Below are positions 48,661 through 63,100 of a stretch of 64,000 nt of DNA, piece after piece (the stretch's first letter is position 1; every line of letters starts with the position of its first letter). A model generated the notes under the pieces. It did no database searches. It had not been told where the DNA came from and saw only the letters and a program-made list of their open reading frames with translations. Where the stretch lies: contig NC_090354.1 in assembly GCF_035084215.1 (NCBI RefSeq), forward strand, positions 24,552,001 through 24,616,000, in the 5' to 3' direction. A program made the translations under genes and the position numbers. The stretch comes from Heptranchias perlo. Taxonomy: Eukaryota.

Positions 48661-51600
48661 GGGTACGGTAGCATCGTGGTTATGTTACCGGACTAGTAAT
48701 CCAGAGTCCTGGACTAGTAATCCAGAGTCCTGGACTAATAATCCAGAGTCATGAATTCAAATCCTGCCACATCAGCTGGGGAATTTAAATTCAATTAATT
48801 AAATTCAATTAATGAAATAAAATCTGGAATTCAATCCTAGTATCAGTAATTGGTGGCCATGAAAACTACCAGATTGTCGTAAAAACCCATCTGGTTCACT
48901 AATGTCCTTTAGGGAAGGAAGCCTGCCGCCCTTACCTGGTCTGGCCTTTATGTGACTCCAGACCCACAGCAATGTGGTTGATTCTTAATTGCCCTCTGAA
49001 ATGGCCGAGCCCAAGCCACTCAGTTATAAAACCTCGCTTTAAAAAAAGTCACAATAAGAATAAAACCGGATGGACCACTGGACATGACAAAGGCAAACCA
49101 AGCCTAGATCGACCCTGCAAATTCCTCCTCACTAACATGTGGGGACTTGTGCCAAAATTGGGAGAACTGTCCCACAGATGAGTCAGGCAACATTCTGACA
49201 AAGCCATACTCACAGAATCATACCTTTCAGCCAATGTCCCAGACTCTTCCATCACCATCCCTGGGTACGTCCTGTCCCACCAGCAGGACAGACTGATCAG
49301 AAGGTGGTGGTGCAGTGAGAAACAGTCAGGAGGGAGTGGCCCTGGGAGTCCTCAACATTGACTCAGGACCTCATGGCATCAGGTCAAATATGGGCAAGGA
49401 AACCTCCTGCTCATTACCACCTACCGCCCTCCCTCAGCTGATGAATCAGTCCTCCTCCATGTTGAGAAGCACTGAGGGCAGCGAGGGCACAGACTCTACT
49501 CTGGGTGGGGGACTTCAATGTCCATCGCCAAGAGTGGCTCGGTAGCACCACTACTGACTTGAGCTGGCCGAGTCCTGAAGGACATAGCTGCCAGACTGGG
49601 CCTTCTGCAGGTGGTGAATGAACTAACACGAGGGAAAAACTTACTTGACCTCATCCTCACCAATCTACCTGTCGTAAATGCATCTGTCCATGACAGTATT
49701 GGTAGGAGTGACCACCGCACAGTCCTCGTGGAGACGAAGTCCCGACTTCGCACTGAGGACACCATCCAACGTGTTGTGTGGTACTACCACCATGCTAAAT
49801 GGGATAGATTCAGAACAGATCCAGCAGCTCAAAACTAGGCATCCATGAAGCGCTGTGGGCCAGCAGCAGAATTGTATTCCAGCACAATCTGTAACCTCAT
49901 GGCCCGGCATATTCCTCACTCTACCATTACCAACAAGCCAGGGGAACAACCCTGGTTCAATGAGAAGTGTAGAAGAGCAGGCCAGGAGTAGGAGCAGCAC
50001 CAGGCGTACCTAAAAATGAGGTGCCAACCTGGTGAAGCTACAACTCAGGACTACATGCATGCTAAACAGTGGAAGCAACATGCTATAGACAGAGCTAAGC
50101 AATTCCACAACCAACGGATCAGATCAAAGCTCTGCAGTCCTGCCACATCCAGTCGTGAATGGTGGTGGACAATTAAACAACTAACGGGAGGAGGAGGCTC
50201 TGCAAACATCCCCATCTGCAATGATGGTGGAGTCCAGCACGTGAGTGCAAAGGACAAGTCTGAAGCATTTGCAACCATCTTCAGCCAAAAGTTCCGCGTG
50301 GATGATCCACCTCGGCCTCCTCCTGATATTCCCACCATCATAGAAGCCAGTCTTCAGCCAATTCGATTCACTCCACGTGATATCAAGAAACGGCTGAGTG
50401 CACTGGATACAGCAAAGGCTATGGGCCCCGACAACATCCCAGCTGTCGTGCTGAAGACTTGTGCTCCAGAACTAGTCGTGCCTCCAGCCAAGCTGTTCCA
50501 GTACAGCTACAACACTGGCATCTCCCCGACAATGTGGAAAATTGCCCAGGTATGTCCTGTCCACAAAAAGCAGGACAAATCCAATCCAGCCAATTACCGC
50601 CCCATCAGTCTACTCTCAATCATCAGCATAGTGATGGAAGGTGTCGTCGACAGTGCTATCAAGCAGCACTTACTCACCAATAACCTGCTCACCGATGCTC
50701 AGTTTGGGTTCCGCCAGGACCACTCGGCTCCAGACCTCATTACAGCCTTGGTCCAAACATGGACAAAAGAGCTGAATTCCAGAGGTGAGGTGAGAGTGAC
50801 TGCCCTTGACATCAAGGCAGCATTTGACCAAGTGTGGCACCAAGGAGCCCTAGTAAAATTGAAGTCAATGGGAATCAGGGGGAAAACTCTCCAGTGGCTG
50901 GAGTCATACCTAGCACAAAGGAAGATGGTAGTGGTTGTTGGAGGCCAATCATCTCAGCCCCAAGGCATTGCTGCAGGAGTTCCTCAGGGCAGTGTAATGG
51001 GCCCAACCATCTTCAGCTGCTTCATCAATGACCTTCCCTCCATCATAAGGTCAGAAATGGGGATCTTCGCTGATGATTGCACAATGTTCAGTTCCATTCG
51101 CAACCCCTCAGATAATGAAGCAGTCCGAGCCCGCATGCAGCAAGACCTGGACAACATCCAGGCTTGGGCTCATAAGTGGCAAGTAACATTCGCGCCAGTC
51201 AAGTGCCAGGCAATGACCATCTCTAATAAGAGAGAATCTAACCACCTCCCCTTGACATTCAACGGCATTACCATCGCTGAATCCCCCACCAGCAACATCC
51301 TGGGGGTCACCATTGACCAGAAACTTAACTGGACCAGCCATATAAATACTGTGGCTACAAGAGCAGGTAAGAGGCTGGGTATTCTGCGGCGAATGACTCA
51401 CCTCCTGACTCCCCAAAGCCTTTCCACCATCTACAAGGCACAAGTCAGGAGTGTGATGGAATACTCTCCACTTGCCTGGATGAGTGCAGCTCCAACAATA
51501 CTCAAGAAGCTCGACACCATCCAGGACAAAGCAGCCCGCTTGATTGGCACCCCATCCACCAACCTAAACATTCACTCCCTTCACCACCGGTGCACTGTGG

Positions 51601-51972
51601 CTGCAGTGTGTACCATCCACAGGATGCACTGCAGCAACTCACCAAGGCTTCTTCGGCAGCACCTCCCAAACCCGCGACCTCTACCACCTAGAAAGACAAG
51701 AGCAGCAGGCACATGGGAACAACACCACCTACACGTTCCCCTCCAAGTCACACACCATCCCGACTTGGAAATATATCACCGTTCCTTCATCGTCGCTGGG
51801 TCAAAATCCTGGAACTCCCTTCCTAACAGCACTGTGGGAGAACCTTCACCACACGGACTGCAGCAGTTCAAGAAGGCGGCTCACCACCACCTTCTCAAGG
51901 GCAATTAGGGATGGGCAATAAATGCCAGCTTCGCCAGCGATGCCCACATCCCATGAACGAATAAAAAAAAAA
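48661..51972 (+). mobile_element. Non-LTR retrotransposon (CR1/L2-like group) with tRNA-like 5' head, disrupted APE region, long RT ORF and poly(A) tail
   Basis: A box TAGCATCGTGG, B box GAATTCAAATCC; LLTNMWGL/LTESYL/GDFN/SDH endonuclease motifs; A tail 51963-51972. Confidence 0.85.
50016..51908 (+). pseudogene. Reverse transcriptase ORF remnant (630 aa) of the 48661-51972 element
   Basis: YRPISLLS, QFGFR, LDIKAAFD, GVPQGSVMGP, FADD; the upstream endonuclease part has stops and frameshifts. Confidence 0.85.
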
Positions 51973-53240
51973 CAAGCCATGCCCTCTGCCTCCATGCATA
52001 GATCTCATTTTTGGTCCCTAATTGGCCCCACCCCTCCTCTTACTACCCATTCACTATTTATATGCCTATAGAAGACTTTTGGATTCCCTTTTATGTTTGC
52101 CGCCACTCTATTTTCATGCACTCTCTTTGCCCCTCTTATTTCCTTTTTCACTTCTCCTCTGTACTTTCTATATTCAGCCTGGTTCTCACCTGTATTATCA
52201 ACCTGACATCTGTCGTTTTCTGCTTCATCTTACTTTCTATCTCTTTTGTCATCCAGGGAGCTCTGACTTTGGTTGCCCTACCTTTCCCCCTCATGGGAAT
52301 GTATGTAGACTGTACTGGAACCATTTCCTCTTTAAATTCCGCCCATTGTTCGATTACAGTTTTGCTTGCCAAACATTGATTCCAATTTACCTGGGCCCGA
52401 TCCATTCTCAACCCACTGAAATTGGCCCTCCTCTGGTTAAGTATTTTCACTCTAGATTGCTCCTTCTCCTTTTCCATAACTAATCTAAACCTTATGATAC
52501 TATGATCACGGTTCCCTAAAAGTTCCCCCACTGACACTTGCTCCACTTGACCCACTTCATTCCCCAGAACTAGATCCAGCAATGCTTCCTTCCTCATTGG
52601 GCCGGAAACGTACTGATCAAGAAAGTTCTCCTGAACACACTTCAGAAATTCCTCCTCCTCTTTGCCATTTATACTATTACTATCCCAGTCTATATTAGTT
52701 GAAGTCCCCCATCATCACTACTCTGCAGTTCTTGCACCTCTCTATAATTTGCAGGCAAATTTCCTCCTCTATATTCTTCCCACTAGTTGGCGACCTATAG
52801 AATGCACCCAGTAATGTAATGGCGCCTCTATGGTTTCTTATCTCTAACCAAATAGATTCTATCCTTGACCCCTCAAGGACTTCCTTTCTCTCCAGCACTA
52901 CAATATTCTCCTTCATCAATATTACCACCAACAACCCCCACCCCCATTTTCTTTTTTTCCTTCACTATCATTCCTGAACACCTTGTCTCCAGGAATATTT
53001 GGCACCCAATCCTGCCCTTTTTTGAGCCAGGCCTCCGTTATCGCCGCTACGTCATATTCCCATATGGCTATTTGCACCTGCAGCTCACAGACCTTATTTA
53101 CCACACATTGTGCGTTTATACACATGCACTCTAAACCTCTCTTAGACCTCTCGTTTTGTCTTTTAGTCCGATCCCACCTAATACTCTACTATTTCTTACT
53201 CTAGTGCTGTCTGTTGCTCCCAATCCTTTGTGCACCTTGT
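51973..53240 (-). mobile_element. Degenerate CR1 ORF2 5' part (endonuclease); continues at 48154-48200
   Basis: CINAQCVVNK, ITEAWL, GDFN, LDLVLGNE motifs; homologous to 20690-21700. Confidence 0.8.
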
Positions 53241-53369
53241 TTCTCCTTTCTAATGCTTCATCCAAATTTATCACCTCCTCTAAACCTAATTCCCACTCTT
53301 ATTATATTCTCAAGTTCCCACTCGGTTCATGATTCACTCTGTTTGTAATGCCTGCTCTGTGCTTCAGCA

Positions 53370-53690
53370 CGTCCGCCACCAGAGACAGTTTCTCCATATT
53401 TATTTTATCAAAACCCTTCATGATTCTGAACATCTATATTAAATCTCCCCGTAACCTTCTCTGCTCTAAGGAGAACAACCTCAGCTTCTCTAGTCTCTCC
53501 ATGAAACTGAAGTCCTGCATCCCTGATAAAATTCTAATCAATCACCACTGCACCCTCTCTAAGGCCTTGACATTCTTCTTAAAGTATGGTGCCCAGAAAT
53601 GGATACAATTCACCAACTGAGGCCTAACCAGTGATTTATAAAGGTTCAGCATAACTTCCTTGCTTTCATGTCATTCATAAAATTGGAGGC
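53370..53690 (-). mobile_element. CR1 fragment, counterpart of 17690-18000
   Basis: RT C-terminal remnant. Confidence 0.7.
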
Positions 53691-55332
53691 ATTAAGCGGA
53701 AAGGGACATTCCGACATACCTAGAGGGGAGGGGATTTGGAGGATCTGTCAACGACTATAGAAGGGGAAATCAGACAATGAGTGGAAGGGACATCAGGCAA
53801 TGAGTGGGGAGGGGAATCAGTGGAGAGTGGGAATGAAAGTCTCTTGTGTGGCATTTTATCTTACACATTTTGAAAATCTATAACTATAACCCTGACTACA
53901 TTCCTTTATTTATATATGTGACTTCCTTGAAAAAGTTAATTGAATTATCGAAACACAACCTGTCAATTACAGATTCATGATGACTGCCCCTAATGGGCCC
54001 ATGTCTCTTCAAGTGTTCATAAATTTCCTCCCAGATTATGGACTCCATAAATTGCCCTGTAGCTGGGTTAACACTAAAGGGGCCCATTATTTATTGCCAC
54101 CCTCCAATCATTTCATATTTCAGATGCATTAAAGTTTTATCCTTCCTTTCCCTGTGCCCCCATTTTACTCTCTTTACACTTTCTTTTGTATATTTATCTC
54201 AATACTTCCATTCTACATCCTCCTCAGGTTCCATTTTCAAATTAATAAACTGATGAGGGATCTTTGCCATTTATTTACACTCAAGTGCAACATTTCCTCA
54301 TTTATCTATATGTGCTCCCAGCCCTTCACAGACAATCCTTACACTTTTTATTAGCAAATTTCACCAGGCTTTCCCCACAGTCAGTTGATCGATATACACA
54401 TTTGATATGCAAGATGGGGAGACTTCAGAAACTCATTCCACAGAATTATCTCATTACCTGGAGTGAACCTTTGCCTTAGTTTTAGTATTCCCACCTCTGA
54501 GTCAGAAGGTGGAGAGCTCAAACCCAGCTCCAGATAGTCCCAGTGAGTGGAGACCGGAGCTTGGGCTCTGAATTCTACGCTGTCATCCAGCCAGCTACTG
54601 TTGTCCGGTGGATGTGGGGGCTCCCTATTTGTATGGGTTATGGGAGCCCATAAAGGCTTCCCATTGTACAGGACCAATCACCTTATCAGCTGGTATAGAG
54701 ATGGTTACGGACATGGAAAGAATGTACCAGTGCAGCCTGTCAGACTGTTCGTCAACCTGTGAATCCTTCCACTACTGCACACTATTCCCTCCAAGGGAAG
54801 AACGTGAAGATACGAAAATATCACCCTCATGGCCAGAGGCTGCAACTACATCTTGACAGTTGAAATATCAAACTTGAATTGCAAATGTGGACATCGCAAT
54901 TTACAATGGGAAATGTTGACAAAATTTTACCAAAATTTTTGTCAACGGGAAGTGAGGTTTGTGGCCAAAATAGTATTCGATCTCCAGTAGTGATTCACAT
55001 GGGGAGTTCAATGGTCGGTTTTGCCCCCACATTCACCTCCTTTGCATTGCTTACCATTTCATCTTCCCACTACTCGCTCTACACCTACCACCCACTCACT
55101 CCCATCAATATCCCTACTTCTTTTCATTTGAACTATCTGAGCCAGTCGCCAGTTTATGCAATCAGACTGTCAAGTTCACACCAGCCAGAGACATTATAAA
55201 TGTCGGCATAGCAATTTATAATGGAACAAAGTTAACACAAAAATTGTGACACAGACGTGACATCAGGAAATCAAGTGATGCAGAAGGAAATGTGCACCAA
55301 TGTAAGTGTATTAATATATTATATATAGATGT

Positions 55333-56050
55333 TGTTGACTGGATGTCACCAGTTACGGTTATTGGCTTAGTACAAAGAGGAGAGGAGTCAATTCTCTCTT
55401 AATTCTCAATTCGCTTTATTAACGTTGTTAGATCATGTACATATAGCTTATACGTCTGGTTAGATATAGGCATGCAGTTTACAGCAGGTTATACAGTTTT
55501 ATACCCAAACTAGGATTTAAACGCACACCCACTATGTTTCTCTGACACTCCCTGGGTGGTCACAGAATAGAAAGGATATTATATTACCCGGAAAGGAGAG
55601 CTGACGCTGGCCAGGCGTTCCGTTCTCTCTCTCTTGACGTCATCTCCATGTCCCTGACATAAGGTCTTCCACTTCCGCGATGGTTAGTCTCCGGAGTCTC
55701 GCACACTGGCACCAAGCCTGCAATGCTTCATTCTTATTCCCAAGTCTTATCTCTTCGAGTGGTGTTGTCTTTCTCCCGTTGGCTTAGATTTGCTCGAGTG
55801 GTCGGTGTCATCCCCTGATTGGCTCTGTTCCAAGGGGTTAGGTAGCATCACCTCATTACTCCTTTTCTAAATAAGGACTGGTGTCTCATCACAGCCCCTT
55901 TGTCCCTTAGAAGCGTAGCTAATTCAAACTGGTTCCAGCCAGCTCAGACCAGTGACTGAACTCCAGGTCACTGCAGTTCAAAAGTTACTTTTGCCTGAGT
56001 GTTAGCAATTCGGAATAAACTCAGTAGTTTTTTGCAGCCCCTGGCCAACA
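55333..56050 (-). mobile_element. Solo LTR (718 bp) upstream of gene E
   Basis: TGTTG...CAACA termini, perfect ATGT 4-bp TSD (55329-55332, 56051-56054), AATAAA on the - strand near 55415; empty site near 5364. Confidence 0.8.
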
Positions 56051-56306
56051 ATGTGCAGATAAGATTCCTTGCTATTTCTCAGTATATTGCCCACCGGTGC
56101 GTTTCAGACTCCCTTTTAAACTTCCTGATCCCCTTTTCGCCTCCCTTCTGAACTATTAATAATTATTAAAGCATTAGCCTATTTTATAGGTATTTTTAAA
56201 ATTTCAGTTTTACTCTTAGCTCTCCCGATAACCATTGATCCCCAGCCTTGGAAGGGCAATTAAAAATGTCAAAACTAAACGATGTGATGAAAAGGTTTTC
56301 ACCAAA

Positions 56307-57504
56307 ACAGTATCTCTTTAAGTTGCTGGAATATGATTGTTTAATTCAAGCCCAAATCACTCACTGCCGCTGTCCACAGGTGCTGCTGGTGAGATTCGGT
56401 CCCAGATTCACTCATGGAGAAGTTTTTGTTTGTAGTTACAGCTGAGAGTGATTTTGTGATGTTTCCCCAGTAACCGGGGTATCCCGGATATCCCAAACCT
56501 TTTCCCAGATCCCCCTCACTCGCTCTCAGGGTGATCCGTTCTGTTTACAAACACTCCTCAATTTCGGAAATGACGAGACTCGTCACTTTCGCTTTCGGTG
56601 AAATTGACACAAGGCTCATTTTCACAGACAAACTGACACGGACACTTTCCCGGGAGAGAGAAAAGAAAGAAACGATGAAAGAAAAGGAGTCGGTTCTTCC
56701 TTCGGATTCAGAGTCCGAGCAGATTAAATATTCTTGGAGAAGAAAATCTCAAGAAACCTCCAAAAAACAACCGAGAAATGAGGAACTTTTTCTACTTAAA
56801 GAGCAGAATATCCGACAGGGGAATCGGACAGACAGCATCAAACCGTGACCCTGCACTGTGAGCCGGGCTCTCTGCAATGTCCAGCCCGCGAAGTGTGAAC
56901 AGTAAAAGCACGATGTGAGCACACCGGGGAGAGAGTGGATTTAAAAGGGAATCGCTCTCCATGGAGCCGAATGTCAGCACTAAAAGCCGCGGCACCGGGA
57001 TCACCGCTGTCGGTGTCACTATAACCCGGATTATAAAATACAGCCCCCAATACATGTCCGCACTCCCCCAATACAGACTCTGCCCCCGACACCACTTCAG
57101 TGCCCCCTTGATTCGAATCCAGACAACATTGAGCTGGGACCGAGCGCTGGTTGTGATCTTCGATGGGGGATCTTCCAGTCGCTGGTTCACGAATCTCCAG
57201 CTTTTGGATTCCTCACCTCAGAAAGGAACCGCACAAATTATTGCTCTCCTGCAGCTCCTCCCAAAACGCCTGCGGCCAGATTTCACATTTCGAATGTAAT
57301 GCCAAACATTGCCAGTCTCTCCTCTTAAAGCCGACAGCATGGCAGTGAGAGCTCACAGCAGTATCCAGCCGCACACCCACAGGACTCGGCAGCTCCGGGA
57401 TCACAAGCGGCGACATTTCGACTTCCAGAGTTTCATTCAGAACCGTTTTCGGAGCTGAACCGCGATCCGCTCAGTTTCTCATCCTTCAAATCGGCGTTTT
57501 ACCA
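56307..57504 (+). promoter_or_regulatory. Distal promoter block of gene E with altered IRF and kB sites
   Basis: ISRE-like ACTTTCGCTTTC 56585-56596; kB variant GGGATCTTCC 57167-57176; IRF-E variant TTTCACATTTC 57281-57291. Confidence 0.65.
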
Positions 57505-57519
57505 ATGGGTCGGTTGAAT

Positions 57520-57651
57520 ATGGATTTGGCGAGTGTTTGGAGATTTTGGATTGTGTGGGTCTTGTTTTCCGGGACCCTGAGTCTGGGCTGTGAGAGGCTG
57601 CAGTTACAGCAAGTTCTCAACAGAGAGACTCTGAGGAAACTGAATGAAATG
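57520..57651 (+). CDS. IFN: Distal alternative first exon (1a) of IFN gene E
   Basis: MDLASVWRFWIVWVLFSGTLSLGCERLQLQQVLNRETLRKLNEM|gtgagt; upstream in-frame ATG at 57505. Confidence 0.72.
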
Positions 57652-58298
57652 GTGAGTTTAAACAGCAACGAAAGCCGGATCCGAACCACACAGGATCTGT
57701 TTGTTATGAAAAATCATATCAGGAGAAATACCATGGAGATGTATGTTTCTTATCAAATTAACGGTCACTGGTTGGTCAGTGTTCATTTGACCGTATAAAT
57801 TGTTAGAGTGACTCTCTTCTTTTAGGCGTGGTTTCTCTCCCTAATCGTGTCCAACAGCACAAGTCTCCTGAAACCAAGAAGGTTAATTAGCCCCCGGATG
57901 AAATGGGGGAATTAGACACTAAGGAGACAAGGGGAATCAGATACAGAGGAGAGGGGTGTATCAGACGGGAGAAAGGAAACAGAGTCTGAGGGGAGAGACG
58001 TAATCGGATCCTAGCGCGATGTGGGATCAAACTCTGAGTCAAGGGAGAATCAGATTTGAGGGGGAATTGTAATCAGACACTGAGTGGAGAGGGGAAGAAG
58101 AAACTGAGGTTAAGAGGCATCATAAAACTGAGGGAAGAGGGTTAATCAGGTACTGCGGGGAGAAGAGAACTTAAACACTGATGAGAGGGTTAATCTTGTA
58201 TTGAGGGGAGAGTGAACCAGTCCCTCAGGGGATAACAGATCATATACTGAGGGGAGAGAGAGAATGAGACCCTGGGCTGGTGGTAGTGAGTTGGGATG

Positions 58299-59008
58299 TG
58301 TAAGAATATGGTTTAAAACAAGCATAGAAAATAGGACAGAAAAGGTCCAATCTCTGAGGAAAGTAACTTACAGAAACCCAAGAGGTCGTTGAAAGTGTGC
58401 TGAGGTACTGAATAGTGAAAAACAGTAAGATTCACGAGACAGGGTGTCCTAACTTAGTATAAATATAATAAGATAAAAGCAGAAAATGCTGGAGAAGCTC
58501 AGCAAGTCAGGCAGCATCTGTGGAGAAAGAAACAGACAGAGTTAACGTTTAAGTTCGAAGACTTTTCACCATACTAAGACCTGATAATGGTGAAAGGCTA
58601 CATAAACACTAAGACATTAAACAATCCTTGGTAGTTTTTGGAGAGTCAACACAGTAGGATGGTTTACAAACAGGAGATAAGACCAGTGGTGCTTACATAT
58701 AGAACAATGCAGCTGAACAGTAGAAAGATAGGGCAAGCTCCCTCCCAAAAGTTCGAGCTCTCACGAGGGTACAGTTGATAGTCCATCAGGTTGCATTGAC
58801 TGCTTGTCATTTAATGTAATCTGTAGACTGTTGTATTATAACTATAATACTGTTGAATGTAATGTTGAAGACAGCTGTAGTGCATCTCTGTTGTTAGTCA
58901 ATCTATTAAACTTGCTTTTTATAACCACTTGGGCTCAAATCATGTGGAAGTTATTGTTGATGGATTAACAACCCATCGTTGCAACAGTAACGGAGAAATC
59001 CGCCGACA
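58299..59008. mobile_element. Probable solo LTR, paralogous to 45459-46160
   Basis: TG...CA termini, GGATG/GGATC flanks. Confidence 0.6.
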
Positions 59009-59816
59009 GGATCAGACTCTGAGTGAAGGTGGAATCAGATCTGAGGGGAGAATGTAAACAAGGCACAGAGGAGATAAGGAATAATAACTGAGGAAAGTTT
59101 GGGAATCAGACATTGAGGGGAGGGGGAATCAGACACTATGGAAAGAGGGGAAATGAGGTCCTGAGGGGGAATCATAATTGGAAGGAAGGGGAAATGAGAC
59201 CCTGCGGAAAGAGGAAGAATCAAATATGGAAGGGAGGGGGAATCAGGGCCTGAGGTGAGGGGTATTCAGGAGTGATTTAGAGTCTGAGGGGAGAGGGAAA
59301 GCAATATTGTGGGGAAAGGGAGAATCTGACAGTGAGGGAAGAGAGTGAATCAGAACCCGAGGGGAGAAAGGAAACGAAACACTGAGAGTGGTAATTATAT
59401 TGAGGGGAGGGTGACTCTGAGGGGAGAACAAAGGAGATACTGAGGGGAAAGAGGGAATCAGACCCTGGGGGGAGATGGACTCAGACTCTGAGTGAAGGGG
59501 CAAATCAGACCTGAGCGGAGAATTGGAACTAGGTACTGAGAAGAGGGGGAATGATAAACTGAAGTGAAGAAGTGGAATCAGAAACTGAGGGAGCTGGAAA
59601 TCGGATACTGACGGTGGAGGGGGAATGTGATGTATGGGGTAAAGGGGAAATGGAGACAGTCCATCAATCTGAACAACTGCCCCTTTAGTGCCCCCGTGAT
59701 GCGAATTCTTACAATTCTGAGGAAACAATAGGGTTTTTCAAAATCCATGTTGAAAATATTGGTACAAATCGATGGAACATTGAGCTGGAACGAGGCGCTG
59801 GTTGTGATCTTCCATC

Positions 59817-59936
59817 GGGGATTTTCCAGTCGCTGGTTGAGGAATCTCCAACTTTTAGATTCCTCACCTCAGAAACTCCTGCAGCCCGATTTCACTTTTC
59901 CAATCTAATGCCACATTGCCAGTGTCTCCTCTTAAA
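59817..59936 (+). promoter_or_regulatory. Proximal promoter of gene E
   Basis: GGGGATTTTCC 59817-59827, TTTCACTTTTC 59890-59900, CTTAAA 59931-59936. Confidence 0.7.
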
Positions 59937-60137
59937 TTTCACAGCATAGCAGTGAAAGCTCCCAGCAGCATCCAGCCGCACACCCACAGCACTGGGCAGC
60001 TCCGGCGGTCTCTCTGGAATCACAAGCGGCCACATTCGCCTTCTAGAGTTTCATTCAGTGACAAGAACTGTTTCGGAGCTGAACCCGATCCGGTTTCTGA
60101 CCCTTCAGATCGGCGCTTTCCCCTGGCTCGATTGAAC

Positions 60138-63100
60138 ATGGCTTTGGCGAGTGTTTGGAGATTTTGGATTGTGTGGGTCTTGTCCGGGACCCTGAGTCTG
60201 GGCTGTGAGAGGCTGCAGTTACAGCAAGTTCTCAACACGGAGACTCTGAGCAAACTGAATGAAATGGTGAGTTTAACCATCATCCAGAGCCGGATCCGAA
60301 CCACACAGGGTTTGTTATGAAAAGTTATATCAGGAGAAATAGTGTCGGGTTTGGTAACTTTATTCAATTAAGAGACACTGATTCTCCTGTATTTCTCTCT
60401 GGGCTGTCTGTAACGGTGATGATCTTCTGTTTCAGGGCGGTCCCTTTCCCCGAGTGTGTGTTGAAGAGAGGCTCTTGCTGAAAACCAAGCCCCTGAACCT
60501 GATGAAACTTTCGAAGGGGTTACAGGTGAGTGAACACTGGATTTTATTTTATTCAAACTGGAGTTTTATAGAAAGTATAAGAAAGATCAACAACCTGATC
60601 AGAACTTTAATCAGGAAATTTAAATCCAGAATTGGCCGCCCATTGATGTGAAAATGGCAGAACTATTCACTCGCTCTATCGCACTCTCTCGAACTATCTC
60701 AGTCCCTCTATCTCACGCTCACTATCTCACTCACTCAATCGCAACCTCCCAATCTCATTCTCTCTATCTCACTCACACTATCTCAAGCACTATCTCTCTC
60801 TCTCTCTATCACACCCCCTGTAACTTACTCACTATATATATCACTCTCACTATCGCACAACCTCTAAATATCTCACTTCCTCTCACTATCTAAACCCCTC
60901 TAATCATCATGCAGTCTGTCACCACCTGCCTACCTCTATTTCACTCCCTCTTAACCATTTCACTCCTTCGAATCGTTTCACGCCTTTTATCTGACTCCTG
61001 AATTCATCTCAACCCTCGAACCAGCTCACTCTTGAGCTGTGGTGATTGGCTGTGAGTTTTGCCCCATCCCGGATAGGTCAATTCATAGAATCCTAGAATG
61101 GTCCAGCACAGAAGGAGGCCATTGGGCCCATCGTGCATTGCTGGCTCTTTGAAAGAGCTATCCAATTAGTCCTACCCTTTTCCCCGTCAAGTATTTATCC
61201 AATTCCCTTTTGAAAGTTATTATTGAAGCTGCTTCCATCACCCTTTCAGGCAGCGCATTCCAGATCATTACAACTCGCTGTGTAAAAAAAATTCTCCTCA
61301 TCTCGCCTTTGGTTCTTTTGCCAATCAGCTTAAATCTGTGTTCCTGAGAGTGAACCTCTTGCCACTGGAAACAATTTATCAAATCCCTTCATGATTTTGA
61401 ACAACCCTATTAAATCTCCCCTTAACCTTCTCTGCTGTAAGGAGAACAATCCCAGCTTCTCTAATCTCTCCATGTAACTGGAGTCCCTCATTCCTTGTAC
61501 CATTCTGGTAACTTTCCTCTGCACCCTCTCTAAGGTCTTTGCATCTTTCCGAAAGAGTGGTGCACATAATTGGATACAATATTACAGCTGGGGCCTAACC
61601 AGTGATTAATAAAGATATAGCACATTATCCTTGCTTTTGTACTCTTTGCCTCTGTTCATAAAGCCAAGGAGCCTGTAACAGCCTTCTCAACTTGTCCCGC
61701 CACCTTCAAAGATTTGTGGATGCACAACCCTGGGATTCTCTGTTCCAGCATCCACTTTAAAATGGTACCATTTAGTTTATATTGTCTATCCTCATTCTTC
61801 CTACCAAAATGCATCACTTCACACTTCTTTGTGTTAAATATTGTCTGCCATGTGTCTGCTCATTTCATCAGTCTGTCTATGTTCTAGGTCTGTTAATACC
61901 CACCTCACTCTTGACTACATTTCCTAGTTTCATATCATCTGCAAACTTTGAAATTATGCCCTGTATACCCAAATTCAGGTCATTAATAGATATCAAATAG
62001 AGCAGTGGTCTTAATACTGACCCCTAAGTGATACCACTGCACACTTCCATCCAGTCTGAAAAACAACCACTCAACGCTACTCTCTGCTTTCTGTCACATA
62101 GCCAATTTCGTATCCATGCCACCACTGCCCCTTTAATTCCATGGGCTTCAATTTTGCTAACAAATCTATTATGTGGTATTTTATTGAAGGCCTTTTTAAA
62201 GCCCATGGACACGACATTAACCGTACCACCTTCATTAACTCTCTCCGTTACTTTGTTAAACAACTCAATCAATTTAGTCAAACATGGTTTGCCTTTAACA
62301 AATCCATGTTGGCTGTCATTTATTAACCAATATTTTTCCAAGTAACAATTCATTTTGTCTCTGATCGTTGTCTTGAAACGTTTCCCCACCTCCAACATTA
62401 GACTGACTGGCCTGTAGTTCCCTGGTTTATGCCTCGCCCCTTTTTTTGACGAGGGTGTAACATTTGCAATCCTCCAGTCCTCTGGCACCCCTCCCACATG
62501 TAAGGAAGATTGGAAGATTCTGGCTAGAGCTTCCATTATCTCCATCCTTTACATCCCTCAGCAACCTGGGATGCATTCAATCCGGCATGGGTGACTTTTC
62601 TACTTTGAGCACTGCCAACATTTTAAGTGCCTCCTCTTTATCTATTTTTATCCTATTCAATTTCTCTACTACATCCTCGTTTACTGTGACATTGACAGCG
62701 TCCTCTTCTTTAGTGAGGACAGATGCAAAGTGGTCATTTAGTCCATCACCCATGCACTCTGCCTCCACAAGAAGGCCCCTAATCAGTCACACCTATCCTT
62801 TGACTAACCTTTTACTATTTATATGCTTATAAAAAACATTTGTGTTCCCTTTTATGTTACCTGCTAATCTATTCTCCTACAATGTCTTTGCCCCTCTTAT
62901 TTCCTTTTTCATTTCTCCTCCGTACTTTTTGTATTCAGCTTGGTTCTTGACTGATGGTTTGGATGCCCTTCCTTCACCCTCATGGGAATGTGTCTAGTCT
63001 GTACCCAAATGATCTCCTCTTTGAAGGCCCCCGTTGTTTATTTACTTTTTTACCTGCTAATCTGTGAATCGAATCCACCTGGGACTGATCCCCTTTCAAC

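Noticed and set aside
48661-48775. Possible tRNA gene
   Set aside because: Internal 21-bp triplication, no closed cloverleaf, contiguous with a retroelement
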